Source: Bilabrum cf. latius (taxonomy: Eukaryota). Taken from it: a stretch of DNA of 64,000 nucleotides. Both the position numbers and the translations under genes were made by a program. The notes beneath the pieces were generated by a model. The model was not told the origin of the DNA. It saw only the letters and a program-made list of their open reading frames with translations, and ran no database searches. The stretch covers positions 744,001-808,000 of the forward strand of contig OZ237740.1 of NCBI GenBank assembly GCA_965178125.1, read 5' to 3'. Positions 22,501-35,423 of the stretch are shown in pieces; position 1 is the first letter of the stretch, and the number at the start of each line of letters is the position of its first letter.

Positions 22501-25500
22501 CGGACTGCCCCGGCGCGGGCCTTGGACATCCCAGGCGGGGGCTTGGTTTCGGAAACGGCTGAAGTCGGTTGGTCTGCAGTTGGCTTGCTGCGCCGTATAC
22601 CTCCATGGTGGCTCGTTTCATGGATTGCTTGGGCCTGGTTGGCCGATTCATCGGGCGGATGGTCTGTGCTGGAGACCCTCGCACCCCTAGACTGCACGGA
22701 CCTGTTATCTCTGGCCAACACTTCTGAGGCAGACATGGCTCGCGCGCTCGATACAAGGTGTTGCCTGTCCGCGTCGCCGATTTTCAGTTCTATCGGAATT
22801 ACCTGCTTGCTGGTAGTAGTGCCCGACGCGCTGGCTCGCCCTTCTAGTGGCATTGCAGCGGCAGCAATTGCGAGTGATGCTAGGTGGGTACCTGCGGATG
22901 CTGCCAGCCCCGCCGGCTGATCATTCTACTGAGACTGATGCTATTCTTCTTTATCGCCTGTTGAGTCTGAGCCGCCCGTGTGGTGATGCATTGACCGTTC
23001 GGGCCCTGCTTCCGCGGTCAGGCCCCCTGGGCTCAACTAGGCCATGGCAAGCTGTGGTACCTCGGGAGACTTGATGGGCGCAGCAGCACCACTGTTGCCT
23101 GGGAGCTCGCGTTGCAACTGATCGCTGGCACTGGCACTGGTACTGGTGTACACACGACGGCCCGGGTCGGGCCCAGTCACCTACTAGTCGATCGAAGACC
23201 GTCTGGGTTTGCCAAATCGATGGATTCCTAGCTTGTGTGCAAGCAGAGCAGTAGCAGGGGCATCATTGGCTGGTGCGATCTGATTGCGAGCTAGCAGCTG
23301 GTGCTTCTTCGACTTGGCTCTCTCGGCAAGCATTTTCCTTGAAATGCCTCCAGTCTTGCCGCTCTTGCCACCAGCGATCTTGGCCGATGCTTCAGCGTGC
23401 CGCGGATGCGGGGCCAGAGCGTCGATACCAGACTTAGACATCATGCAGAGTCCCAGAGAGTTGGCTGCACCGGCCAGCAAGCGCCCACGAATGGACCGAA
23501 TGATAGCTGCCGTTCTCCACGGCGCCTTCGGTGCCTCTGCTTCGAAGTCTTTCTCGTCCTCGATGGCAGCCGCACCGATTTCAAACAGGTGCCTATCAGC
23601 TCCGACACCCAGCACGGCAAGAACCGCCATGCACACGAGAGCAACAATGATATCTGCAGAGGCGACCATCTTTCCGCCTGAACTGTGCCCCTCAATGTCA
23701 GAACTGCCCATGCCCTGCCCGAACACTGCATTACAAGTCTGCAGCAATTGGGTAGTGCACAACACGCCGTCGGTCAGCCTCACGACGCCCACAACATCCG
23801 CTGCAGATTGCGCTCCAGTGGCATGCATGCCCTGCGCCACGTGCACCACTGCCGCTTGCCAAATGCCTACGAGGTCCGCTTTCATGGCCGATTTGCCCTG
23901 CACTCCGTTGATAGAGGTCCAGCGCATCCACACCTGCGCTGTCTTCATTCGGTGCAGTCCAGGCCGTGCAACTGCAGTGCTTCCACTATCTCTCGCACTG
24001 CCATCAGCACCGGCAAATAGAGCCTGCAGCCTGCTACAGCATGCACGCAAGACACCATTGGCAAGCGACTCGCCCTGTGCGAGGACCTGCCGCACGCCTG
24101 CCCCTTGTGACGTGTCGATTCTGCACGGTGCGAGCAACGCAGGCACCCACTGCCTCATTATCCACTTCCCGAACCGAGTCCACAGCCCGGTTCTGACCTG
24201 CCTGGGACTCAGTCGCGGCATGATGTGGGGAAGCTAGACGACGGCTAGCGATGTAGGCGCGCCGTAGCCGCTGCTGCTGCCTGCTGCCGCCGCCGTTCTA
24301 GCGATGACATCGAAACGAATAGACACAGGGAGCGTGGACTGAAACCTTCCCACGAATGATGTAGCCACGCCCTCCCTCATCGCATCATATCCTACTGCGC
24401 CAACGGATCGGCGGGATCTGGCTCCTCTTTCAGACTCCTGAGTGCCATTCCCCACAGCAATGCCGTCCAAGCGAGGCAGGCTCCACAGCCACGGCCGGAA
24501 CTGGCCAGCAATAATCACCGGAGTACGGCGGGCTGCATGCTGCCCCTGCCCGGCCAGTGCATCGCTTTGTTTGGACTGCGGTCTTGGTTCGGTCTCCGGA
24601 GCGCCAACTTTGCCTGAGTCCGCTGCTGCACTTGAATCGGCGGCAGCATCTGCGCTGCCGGTGTCGGCAGAGTCGAGCTTACGAGGTGAGACGGCATGCA
24701 CAGGCGAAGAAAGCAGGATGTCCACTGCCCGGAGACCCACGATATCCGAGGCAGATCGAGCACGTCGATGCCCCCTGTGCATTTGCGACACGTCATCCCG
24801 TTCTGTTCCCGAGACAGATGCCTCTGAATCTGCCGCCAACTAGCTAGCAGCGTGCGATCCTGTGCCGGGTGCATGACGTCGTGCCACCGCTCCTCGATTC
24901 CTCTCCCGTCTGCTTCTGCTTCGAGGCCGCCCTCCCCAATCGGAAGACACGCTCCTAGACGAACTTGCTGTTCTCTGCCTGCTTTCCTATTTCGGTGGTC
25001 CAGAGGAACCTGCCTATGCAGCTGGATTTGCCTCGCTTGGAAGCCTCAGCCCGTTGGTATGTGCTGCGGCCCTTCTGCCCCTGAGCCGGTGCCTGTTGCT
25101 CCCATCTACCGAGCGCGCGCGGGGCGACGCTGCGCTAGATGGGCCTGTTGCAGAGGATCGCGCGCCGCGAGGCCTTGCACTCGCGCCGCGTCCACTGGCA
25201 CTATCAACAGCTGGACCAGGCCGCCCCCGCCCCACGAGGGCATCGGCTCGACCGCGCTGGACGGACCGTGCGGATCTGGCGCTATTTGGCGGCACACCGC
25301 CCTGTGCCCCCTACGAATCTTGCATTATTATGCCACGGGTATCCCTAGATCGCTACCGCAGTCTCTTGATTGACCGTTCGTACGCGGTGCGTGCCCTGGT
25401 GGACATGCCAGTGCGCTGGCGAACAGAGCTGGCATCCCCGGTGCTACTCGCAGAGCTTCCGGCGATTGCGCGCCCTCCAGCAAACATTTCTGATCGACTC

Positions 25501-25775
25501 GTGTTGATGGAGTTAACAGATCCCCTCGAAGACCGCGACACACTCCGATACGCTCGTCGGTCTTGCTCGCGAGCAGCAGATGTAGTTCGACCACGACGGC
25601 TTCCTGATGCGCGTTTGGGCGTCTCGAGAGCCGCACTTGACTCATTAATTAATGAATCAGCAACGCCCCGATTCGGCCTGTCGAGTGATTGTTTGGAGTG
25701 CCTCACCAGCAGTCCGCCGTCAACTACAACCTGTTCTGTACCATATTTTCCCTAGAAATCTGCCGCATCGCCCAT
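19515..25775 (-). CDS. Large low-complexity hypothetical protein (~2090 aa with TAG=Gln)
   Basis: Nine ORF-track fragments share one frame and the internal junctions I checked are TAG; ends in TGA at 19515. Start uncertain, and not every gap was checked. Confidence 0.7.
20092..20342. repeat. 42-bp coding minisatellite x6 (KEVDGPTEQPLGTA)
   Basis: Identical units CTCTTTAGCGGTCCCAAGGGGCTGCTCGGTGGGCCCGTCCAC. Confidence 0.95.
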
Positions 25776-26179
25776 TGCATACCGACTCCATCTACGAAAT
25801 GCATTTGATTTCTACCTGAAGCATGCCCTACTGACGACCGCTTGAAACTGCAATGGAAGGGCGGCAAGCGAAGGCGCCACGCAGTGACGACACGAAGATG
25901 CTGCCCAAAGACTTTGTGCCGTCAGCATGCAAATGACTCACGTGAAGTAGAAACAAAGCAGTCAACGCTTCTTTCGTGCGAGGGCCATCAGACATGCTCG
26001 TCGGCTGTGAAATTACAAGCAGCACTCGCGGTCGCATCGCAAAGGTCGATCGATGGTGATGACGAGCGAGCCTTCGTTGGTCGCAATTTGACAACTGATA
26101 CCTAACTAGAATGCAACAACATTGAAACATTAAGACAGACAAAGCAACATGCCGGCTGCTGCGATCGCGCGCGATGACC

Positions 26180-29100
26180 TCAAAAGGCCCAAGCCGACGA
26201 GTCCCTCGTCCCAAACCCGCCATTGCCCCCCATCGATGATACCATCGAACGAGACATCCTGCCACCTGAAGCAGGCCTCCGTCTGCTACCAGAGGACGGC
26301 CTCTATCCTGCTGTACTTCTACCCTATCCCCTGCCTGCAAGACCGAATCCGCTCGAGTACTGAGCAGCCTGCTGGTGCCCGCTGCCAGCACCGGCATACC
26401 CCCCGTACCCCTGTCCAGCAGCGGATTGGCCCGCCATGTAGGCCCCTTTGTAGGCCCTTTCAAGGCCCGCCCCCTTTGAGCTAGCACTGGCACCGGCATT
26501 TCCTCGAGTCCTTGGCTGCTGGGACGAAGATCGAGACAAGTCCCGGTTGCCGGACCTCTCAGGTCCATAGCCCGTTCGGACCCCACCGACACCAGGCCCG
26601 CCCCCAGCACCGCCAAACGAGGCACTGAACGACCCTGCGCCTGCACCCATGCCACCGTGACGGTGTGCACCTGCACTCGCACCCGCACCCGCACCAGAAC
26701 CGGCTGCAGACCGCCCCAACGAGCCATGCAAATGTCTGCCGCTACCCCCTGGACCACTGCCCCCGCTGAATGACGAGGACAGGCCTCTGCCAGGCCCGCC
26801 AGACCCATTTGTTCCCTGAGGAACACGGCCTCCTCGGGAGCCATCGTGTCTGCGCTGCGACGTGCGGTTGCCTCCCTACCCCTGCTTCTACCCCTACCCT
26901 CCCAACTGCGTCCGCATGCCGATCCCCTGCCGGGCCTGCCGCAGGGAATTTCGGCGCGGATCGTGGGCACCACGCCCTGCGCTTGCGGACCGGCCGGATG
27001 AACCTGGCCGAGAGCCGCTTCCTCGGTGTGATGAGTGCGATGGATGTCCGTGGCCCCCAAGCCCTGGGGCAGATCCGATGCTCCACCCGCCGTATGACCC
27101 GCCCGCCGCTCGATGAACGCCGCCCCCGGCAGACTGCTGCGCCTGCGCCTAGTGCTGCTCCGAGGCCCTGGAGGCAGAGGCTGACCGAGCCCTCCTGCCC
27201 TGGCCCTGTGAGGCCTCCCTTCCCCTTGATCCGCTCGACGGGCGCCGGCTGCTGCGACTCATATTGCCCGCGCCGTTGCCCGCGCCCCACCCCGCCCCAC
27301 TTCCCCCCATCCTGGGGTCACCCGCACCATAGGACTGAGACAGGGACCCTGGGCCAACTCCTCCCCTATCACCAGGTCCAGGACCGGCCGATTGCGGCCT
27401 TCCGAGCGACGCAGCCAAAGCCGCCGCCGAGTAGCCAGACCCTTGCAGACCTGGACGCTGCTGCTGATGCTGCTGCTGCCTAGGGGCCGACGCCGGCCGT
27501 CTGTCCATGGATCCCAAGCCTGCGCGGTCACGTGGCCCCACCGGCATGCCAAGGGCATTGGCTGCGTCAAAGGTAGTGACGCTGGGCCGGACAGGGACCC
27601 TGCTTGTCCTCCCGGTCGACTGCATTCCGCTGGATGCCGAGCTCTACCGGAGGCCAGACCGGCCCCACGTCGGCTGCTGCTGCTGCTGTTGCTAGTGACG
27701 CCGCGACTGCCGCTGTCCCTGGTCCTTCTGAGCGTATGCCTGCTGGCTTGCAGCGGCTTGCTATGTTCCGGCCGCAGGTGTCTGTGGCCTGCCTCTGCCC
27801 CTCGGTGGCGTTGGCCCCCGTCGGCCCCCTTGCGCCTGGGCACCACGGCGCAGCCTGAGGCTGTCGGCCAGCTGCTACTTGGTTCTGCTCGCATCGATTG
27901 CCAGTCCGCTGTCACTGGCAGAAGGATCGCCCTGCCACGCGCCCCGCTAACCCGACGCAAGACCCCTATCACTGCTTCTGTCGTGCAGCTGGCTTGTCGA
28001 TACAGACGCCCGGAGCCCACTCCCACCATCAGCCGAGAGGGCCGCAGCGGCATCCGCGGACCAGGCCGTCGCTGAGCTGAATCGCACGCCCGCGCCCGGT
28101 GTGGGCTGCCGTCTACCAATGAGGGACGCCCCGTTGCTCGCCGTGGCAGACGGCAGCGTGCCGTCGCTGGACGCGTGTCGCCCTCCAGCTGCAGCCCCTA
28201 GCGCCGGACGCGCCCCCACACCCCCTCCCGCAGGAGACGCACCGATAGGCACCATGGGCGAGGCCTGCACCTGCACATCTGGATCTTCCGCCCTCACAGG
28301 TGCCGGCCTCCTAGACCGGAAGGAGAGCTGCTTCTGCTGCTGCTTCTCCTTCTCCTCGGCTGCGGCCTTGCTGCTGCTGCTACTGCTGCTGCTGCGTCGC
28401 ATGCGTGATCCCCCACTAGTGCCGTTGCCGGATCGCTGCTTGTCCGCAGGGCCGGGGTCGGAGGGCGGTCCTAGCATCGCGGTGCGGCCTCCGAGGGCGG
28501 CTGCGGCTGCGGGGCCCTGTGACGAGGAGCTGAGCGCGCCGCGATTCGTATCTGTCGCAGCAGCTGCGCCGGCGCTTGAGGAAGAGGGCATCGCGATCGA
28601 CTGCGAGCCGTGGCTGTCCTTGCCTCCTCTAGCGGGGCCGATTTCTTCCACCGAGTCAGCGGCGGACTCCGCGCTTGCGCTCCTGGCAGTGCGCGAGAGC
28701 GGCTTCCTGCCCCCAAGCGGGGCGCTCCTCGGCCTCCCCAAGCTGCCGTCGCACTGCCTCCTGCACAAGATGCCCCCAATCTCCTCGGGGGAGATCCGCC
28801 TGTGGCGCGCGGGCGAGATGGCACCCCCTGCAGACTTTGGGCGAGAGGTCGCAGCGGATCGTGCCCTTCGGTAGGCGTTGCTGGCCCCTGCCCCTTTGCC
28901 CCTGCCCGCTTGCGAGCCCTCCAATCGGTCCAGCCAGCCGTCGGCCGGCCTGAGTGCGTTGTAGCTCGGGGTCGGCGGCCGCTCGACAGTCAGCCTCCTG
29001 GTCATGGGGCTCACCGGCACGTCCTTGTGTGTGGTTCCATGCCTCCTTGGGTTGTCGATCCACTGCACCCTGCGTGCCGCTTCCTCGTCGCCCTTGCGAG

Positions 29101-30134
29101 AGCCTCGCCTGGACCCCGTCTTGGAGACCCCGCCGCCCATGAGCCTGGACGCGAGGATGCCTCCCCCTTGCCCGTCGGCCAGCGCGGACTTGGAGTTGAG
29201 GAAGGTGTTGGTGAGGAGGAGCTCGTCAGCTGCCACTGGGACCGGGGAGGACTTGGCTGCCATGGACTCTTCTGCGAGAAAAGCAAAGTAAAAGAGCGAG
29301 GCGCGGCGGGCGGTGAGACTGCCGGGGTGTGGTGGGTGGGCCTGTTCCGGACGATGGGTGGTAGAGGCTGCCGCGGCAACCTTCCGAAGCCTCCCATTGC
29401 GATGGCATGGCGCAGCCCAGTTCCGGGAATTTAGTGGCATCTTACCAACTGCAATGGGATCCCAAGTTACGAATCTTCGCATGAGCTTGGAGCTCCTGGG
29501 TGACATGGACGGCGGCAGGCCTCGCGCAGCCGGCTTGCCTGCTTTAGCACCCATCGCCTTCATAGTTAGCTGCTACAGACTAGAATCCAGAGCAGACAGC
29601 TGCCTTGCAAACCCTGGTCTTGGTTGCAGATCAGGACGCTTCGACCGCAAGAACTCCATTGTCTTGCTAAACGTCCACCGATACTTCAGCATGTGGAATA
29701 CGCAGCAGCAAAAACATGCACGAGACTAGCCATCCACAGAGTGCACCAATATGCTTTGACCGCCTTCGATTCCATCTTCTATAAAGCTGTAAATTTCATC
29801 CAATACCGTGTTTGCCTCGTCAAAAATGATGCAGTTGCCGCTTTCCGGCCACTGAAATGAGAGGTACCGCACACCAGCTCGCTGCCATTGATTCGGTACC
29901 TCTCTGCCGGCACAATTGACTATTCTACTGATTTTATTCGCTGTCAGAAACTCTAGATCCTAAGCCGCTTCATAATCGCCTGCAAAATCGAAGCCGAACA
30001 AAATTGCGTGCCGTTACTCTGCAGACGACCTCGTTCACAGCATCAAGCCAATCGATGCGGTACGCTGGACGGCAGAGCATTTACTTAATATCCATCTTAC
30101 CTAAAAATAGCCCGTCTTTTAATTTGGCCGCCAT
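26180..30134 (-). CDS. Dual-specificity-phosphatase-like protein (catalytic Cys replaced by Ser) with a long disordered C-terminus
   Basis: Exon 30101-30134, intron 29980-30100. MAAKLKDGLFLGDYEAA[TAG]DLEFLTANKISRIVNCAG...ILVHSVDG[TAG]SRA...KRPDLQPRPGFARQL. Continues in frame through 29563 to TGA 26180, with a probable in-frame intron near 29275-29445. Confidence 0.8.
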
Positions 30135-30250
30135 AAATGCGGTGCGCGGGACTAAGACCGGTGACCCAGACTCTGCATTTGCTGCGTTTGTGGCGTGTCG
30201 TTCCAAAGCCGGAGCGCTCCCGTCACCCAAACTTTGCTATGATATCTCCA

Positions 30251-32204
30251 ATGAAGCGAAGCAGGCGGCCAAGGGGTGGTGGGATGTCTCCAATTTAGAT
30301 GTAAGTTACGTCCGATTATGCGTGTGCTGCGACGGCTTCGGCGCTTAGACGATCAACAGAAACGCTAGCTGTAACGATACCCACTTCGGCGCAGCAAAGC
30401 TGCCAAGCTATAGCAGACCGAGTTAAGGAGAGCACAAGTAACTTTATAGCTCTAGCAACGAGGGCTACGCCCGCACATTGCAGCCCTGGCCGCAAGACGA
30501 TTCGTTGAAACAGGGCAGGACCCGAACTCTATGCCGGTGAGAGTCCACCTTGCATGCCATCGACCACCAACCCATGGCACCACTAAAGATAGAACATATT
30601 ACTTTGTATTCATACAGCTGACCCTCTTGCAGAAAGGAGAGCTCAGAAAGGCCTTGCAGGCCGTGGTGAAGAGCCACACGGCGCCCAAACCGGATTTCCC
30701 TGAGGGTCCCGAAGCTGCCTCTGCATCGACTAGGCACGAGATCGGTGACCAACGGACAAGATCTTCAGAGCACAGTGAGATTAAGTCAGCGAGTAGCCAC
30801 GACTTCGATGACCAGGGCATGCCTAGTCCGCTTGCCTCACTTCGTTCAGCGACGGGGCTGCAGCTGGATAGCGAGATGAATACCACCCCTTTCGACGCGA
30901 TTCGGCTTGTGGATCAGAAACTCTACGCTGCACAAATGGCAAAGCGCGAACGATCAGCTCGTGCGCGCAAGCGTGCGTACCAGCGAGACCTGGACGATCA
31001 GCGAGCTCAAAAAACGCAGCTCCTTCAGCAAGGCAGCGAGCGGGAGCGGGAGGTGGCATCCCGTGTGGAGGCATTCGAGAGAGAATAGAAGGCTATGCTA
31101 GCCCGAAAGGCAAGCGAGAAGAAATCCCGCCAAGAGGAATTTAAGCGAGGCCTCTTCCGGCACATGCGAGAGATTGAGAGCAGACAGAGGCGGAGGAGGC
31201 AGGCAGAGGAGCAGGAGACCAAGCAAACGCGACAGGCCGTCGACGCCGCAGTGATGCGTTCGATTGTAGCAGCGCAAGCCCGGATGAAGGCTCAGCGCGA
31301 AGAAAAGGCGGCAGAGAAGTTCATGAACATGACGATGGAGAAGCAGAAGGAGCGAGCCAAGGCGGCTGCGAAGCGGATCGACGACCAGCTCGGGTTCAGG
31401 CAAATGGCAGCACTTGAAGCCCAGGAAAACGAGCGGCTGCGAAAAATTGAAGAAGGTCGCCGCCGAATCCAGGACAAGCTTGACGCCATGCAGGAAACCA
31501 TCGAAGTGGAGCAGACGCCAGAGCAGATCGCCGCTCGCAGAGCTGAGCGCGAGCAGGCCGAGATGGAGGCGGCACGCAAGTACAAAGCAACCATGCGGTA
31601 GTAGCACAAGAAAATGGACACGGAGGAAACCAGGGCGTTCTAGATCAAGCAGATGAAGGAACGAGAGGAGAAGCGAAATAGAGCCATGGATAATGGGAGG
31701 CAGGAGCTCGAGCGATTCTTCCAGATGGATCGGGAGCACTTCGAGCAAGTGCGCGAGCAGGCCAAAGAGCAGCACGAGCTGCGCAAATCGTACGGATGTG
31801 AGCTCCGACAGACCATCCAGACGCGCCCGCACATGCCCATTGGCCGCAAAGCATTGGCCGTGGAGCCGCCTGCAGACCAGGCCTGGATTGTGGGGCCCGC
31901 GCTGGCTGCCAAGGCAGGCGCGCTCGAGGCCGTCCTGACCGACCTGCAAAAATAGCACCCAACGAGGCTGTCGATGCAGGCAATGCAAGAAATAAAGGCG
32001 GCTGGCATTGCAAAGGAGGTGGTGGGGAGCGCGAGGGCCTCGAAGAGAGCCAGCGGACCTGCGGTCCACGCCGAGGAGAACCCCCTGCTGGATGGAACTG
32101 GAATGGCTGGCTTTGCGGACTCGCCCGCAAAATCGCGTATGGCGAAGCTGGACGCGAGGTCGAAGCGGTTTCGCTCAGGCGGAAAGCACACGAGGCGCGG
32201 CTAA
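30251..32204 (+). CDS. Coiled-coil protein (E/Q/R/K-rich, possibly ciliary/TPH-like); introns 30301-30394 and 30537-30632
   Basis: Same-frame fragments joined over TAGs, including TAG TAG at 31599-31604; canonical splice sites keep the frame; TAA stop. Confidence 0.7.
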
Positions 32205-32292
32205 CTGCGCGAGGCACCCCGTCCAAGCACGCAGCCTTGCGGATTCCGAACGGTCTGATTGATAGGGCATACATACAGGTAGCAGATCAGCA

Positions 32293-35200
32293 TCATAATC
32301 TAAGGCTTCTACTGGTGCTCATCACTTTGAACACCCTAGGCAACTCTTTTGGAAGGCTCCCAACAAATGCAGGCCAGCCCCCCGGATCGCCAGTCTTATA
32401 CACGTCAACGATGCCCTGGCACTCTGTCACGATCGCGGGAGCCGCACCCACCTTGGACAAGAAACCAGCGACGTACATGGCTTCCTTGCGAAATGTTGTG
32501 GCTTTGCTTCCGCATGCCTGCAAAACATTCCGGAACCCGCGCAGCGACTACCGGTTCTCTATGCTGTCGTCGTCGTGCGCCATCTCTAGCAAGCTGATGC
32601 ACCACGCCGTGCCAATGTGCGGCATGATTCGCACTATCTTGTCCGCATGCGCCAGGCCGATTCGGCCGAGAAGGCACGCCAAATTCAATTTAACCGCAGA
32701 CCTGTGGTGCCTGAGAAGCCTGTCGACCGCAGACCTCTCGTCTGGAGCTGGCTTGGCGAGCAGCCGCACAACCCGCTCGCAAATGGGACCGATGCCCTCA
32801 GCCATATCTGCCCCAAACGCCGCAGCCATTTCACCAAGTGCCCACGAGGCATTCTAGCATACTTCAGGGTAGTCAGTGACAAGCAGTCTGGTCAGGCGCA
32901 TGCACAGCGGCGGCAAACCCCCGCGCAGCTGCCTGGGTGCCGCCGAGGCAATCGTACCGACGAGGCGAGCCGCAGAGTTGAGCAGGTCCGTGTTTCGGTC
33001 CTTCAGCACCTCAGATATGGTTGACAGGAGCGAGCTGTTGCTCGCCACCAGCCCGTCAGCCTTGTCCTTGGCTGCTCCGAGGACCACCTCGATGGCATCC
33101 ATTGACAAGACGGCTGGGTCGACGCTGGGCGCGGCCAAGCGCTTCTCCTCTGCCTCTCTTGACAGAGTGATGACCATCTGCGCGATCCGAACGAGCCTAG
33201 GGAAGGTTATTTCGGGTCTGAGGGGGGCAATGTTGCTCTCCATCACGGACAATAGGGCAGCGTATGCTTCCAGCACCGGTACCAGCATCGGGTGATCAAC
33301 ATCGCAACCTCCCACAGGTATGCCCTTCCACTGCTCGATGACAGCATTCGCGACATTGCGCACCCACGGCTGCCCCGCCGACCCATCTGCGCAACTATGC
33401 GTAATTGCCGTGAGAACGTCAATGCTCATCCGTCGAGAGATCATCTGGCACCTGGGAACAAGGGCTGCAATGGCGGTTGCCGCTCGTGCGCTCAAGTGCG
33501 CTGCATCGCCAGCAAGTCTATCGAAACACGCGATTAGGCAGCGAAATGCATCGGTCTGCACATACTTGTAACCGTCGCCTGCCAACCTCACTACAAGCGG
33601 CACAACTTTGTCCAGTGTCGCGCGGTATGCGCCCATCACCTGCATCAGCTCGCAGCAGGAGTTCGCAGCAGCGGCGCGTACACATGGAGACCGGTCCTGA
33701 AGGCCCTGCAATAGGACGGGTTCCAACCGAGTGATGTGCTGCTCGAATGCAACAGGATTTCTGCCGGCGATCGCCGTAATGCACGTGAAGGCTGCTTCTC
33801 GCTTAAGGGAATTTTCCGGACCCTTCGCCTTGACTAGCTGAGCCACTACAGGCATCGTCGAGGCTACCACCTCAGTTTCCGCTATCTCTGACAAATATCC
33901 GATGGCTTCTATGGCTGCGTCTCGCCCCCTGAAATACGAGTTCATCTTCTGATCATCTATTCTGCCAGAGTCTTCCTGTTCCGCGACCGTGGCTGCCCCA
34001 TGGTCGATGTACTGCGTGTCAGCCCCACCCAAATCTGGGACATCGCTGCCCCCGGCGCCCGCATCTCCAGCAGCTTTCTTTGCAGACGGCGCCAATTTTG
34101 CGTGTCCATAGTGTGATTTCCTTGACGCCCACCTGATGTCCTAGTCCCTGTCTGGTGTGCCTGCATCCGGCTTATCGCTGTCGCTGGGGACTCGCCTCTC
34201 CTCAATGATGTCTTCGGTGAGGGCCAACTTCCGGATTAACAGCGGCATTAAGGCTTTGAACTGGCTCACGAGCAGCCTCAGCAGCTGCATGCCCCTGCTC
34301 TCGACCTTCCCAATCGCGCCAGTGGCGGGGTCATCCAGCTCAAACCTGATCTTGTTGGCCAGCGAGGGCCAGACCTGCAGCGCCTCTGCAGCGACCGAAT
34401 CGTCCGCGTCGCCGCACGCCTGCATGAAATACTGCACGACCTTGGGTATCTGGTCGAAGAGGGGGTTGACAAGACTGTCCACGATCTGCCGCACGGTAAG
34501 GCATAGCTGCCTCCGGACCCGGACGCTCTTGTCTCCGCGCAGCGGCATGATGGCCTTCATCACGCCTGGCAGCTGCATGCGCAGCGGCACAACAGCGGCG
34601 GCAAAGTGCCGCAGGCATTGCAACATGTCAGACCGGATGAACTCGCTGGGGTGGGGCACGAACCGCAGGATGACTGGAAGCACCATCTTGTCGAACCCCG
34701 GAAACCGGGTCACTGCAGGGGTGGCGTCTTCCACGACAAGGCGAAGGCAGAGCGATGCGCCCATGACCGCTGGTGCTTCCTTCGAAGTTGATAGCTGCTA
34801 GACAAGCCCAGGCAACAGATCTCTCCAAGCTGGCAAGGTGCCTCGCCGGACGACGGTAGCGACGAGGTTGGCGGCTAGCACCCTGATTCGTTCCTTAGGG
34901 TGGCTGACAGCGGAAATCAGAGTTTGTCGCATCGTCTACTATACAGGTGGTGGCCACGTGTCAAACTATGCCTCTATTCGGCCTCGAAGGTTGGCACCTG
35001 CGGCTAACCGTGCATCATCGCTCGGACATCCGGCTCCACTACCAAACACCAACGCCAAGTACTGTGCAAGCTCAGGGTTAACCCTATTCTTCTCAAAGAA
35101 CTGCGAGTTCAGCAGAAAAGACGACATCCAACAGAAAGATGGGTGAAACTGACAAGAGACGGGCCTACTTGCAGTACGACACTTGTTCGGGCTCACATCG

Positions 35201-35307
35201 TGCGCACGGTCAATATCTGCTTGATGCTCGGAAAGAGCAGCTGTGCATGCACGAACTGTATGCTACAGCAATGTAGCTTTTACCCAAGGCGGCAAGGCCT
35301 TCGACAT
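32293..35307 (-). CDS. TNPO1: Transportin/karyopherin-beta2-like HEAT-repeat importin; intron 35101-35196
   Basis: HEAT repeats; acidic loop PDRD[TAG]DIR (cf. PDxEQDI); KREAAFTCITAIA; LLGRIGL..WCISL; all fragments share a frame; TGA stop. Confidence 0.75.
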
Positions 35308-35423
35308 ATCGACCAAATGATAGATCGGAGAACGCCAAACCAGAGTTCTAGTAACGTAATGTTTAGGCCGCCCGCTTGCTCGGTTTTGTCCGGTGGCCGT
35401 ATATCGTCTAAATTGATCACACA

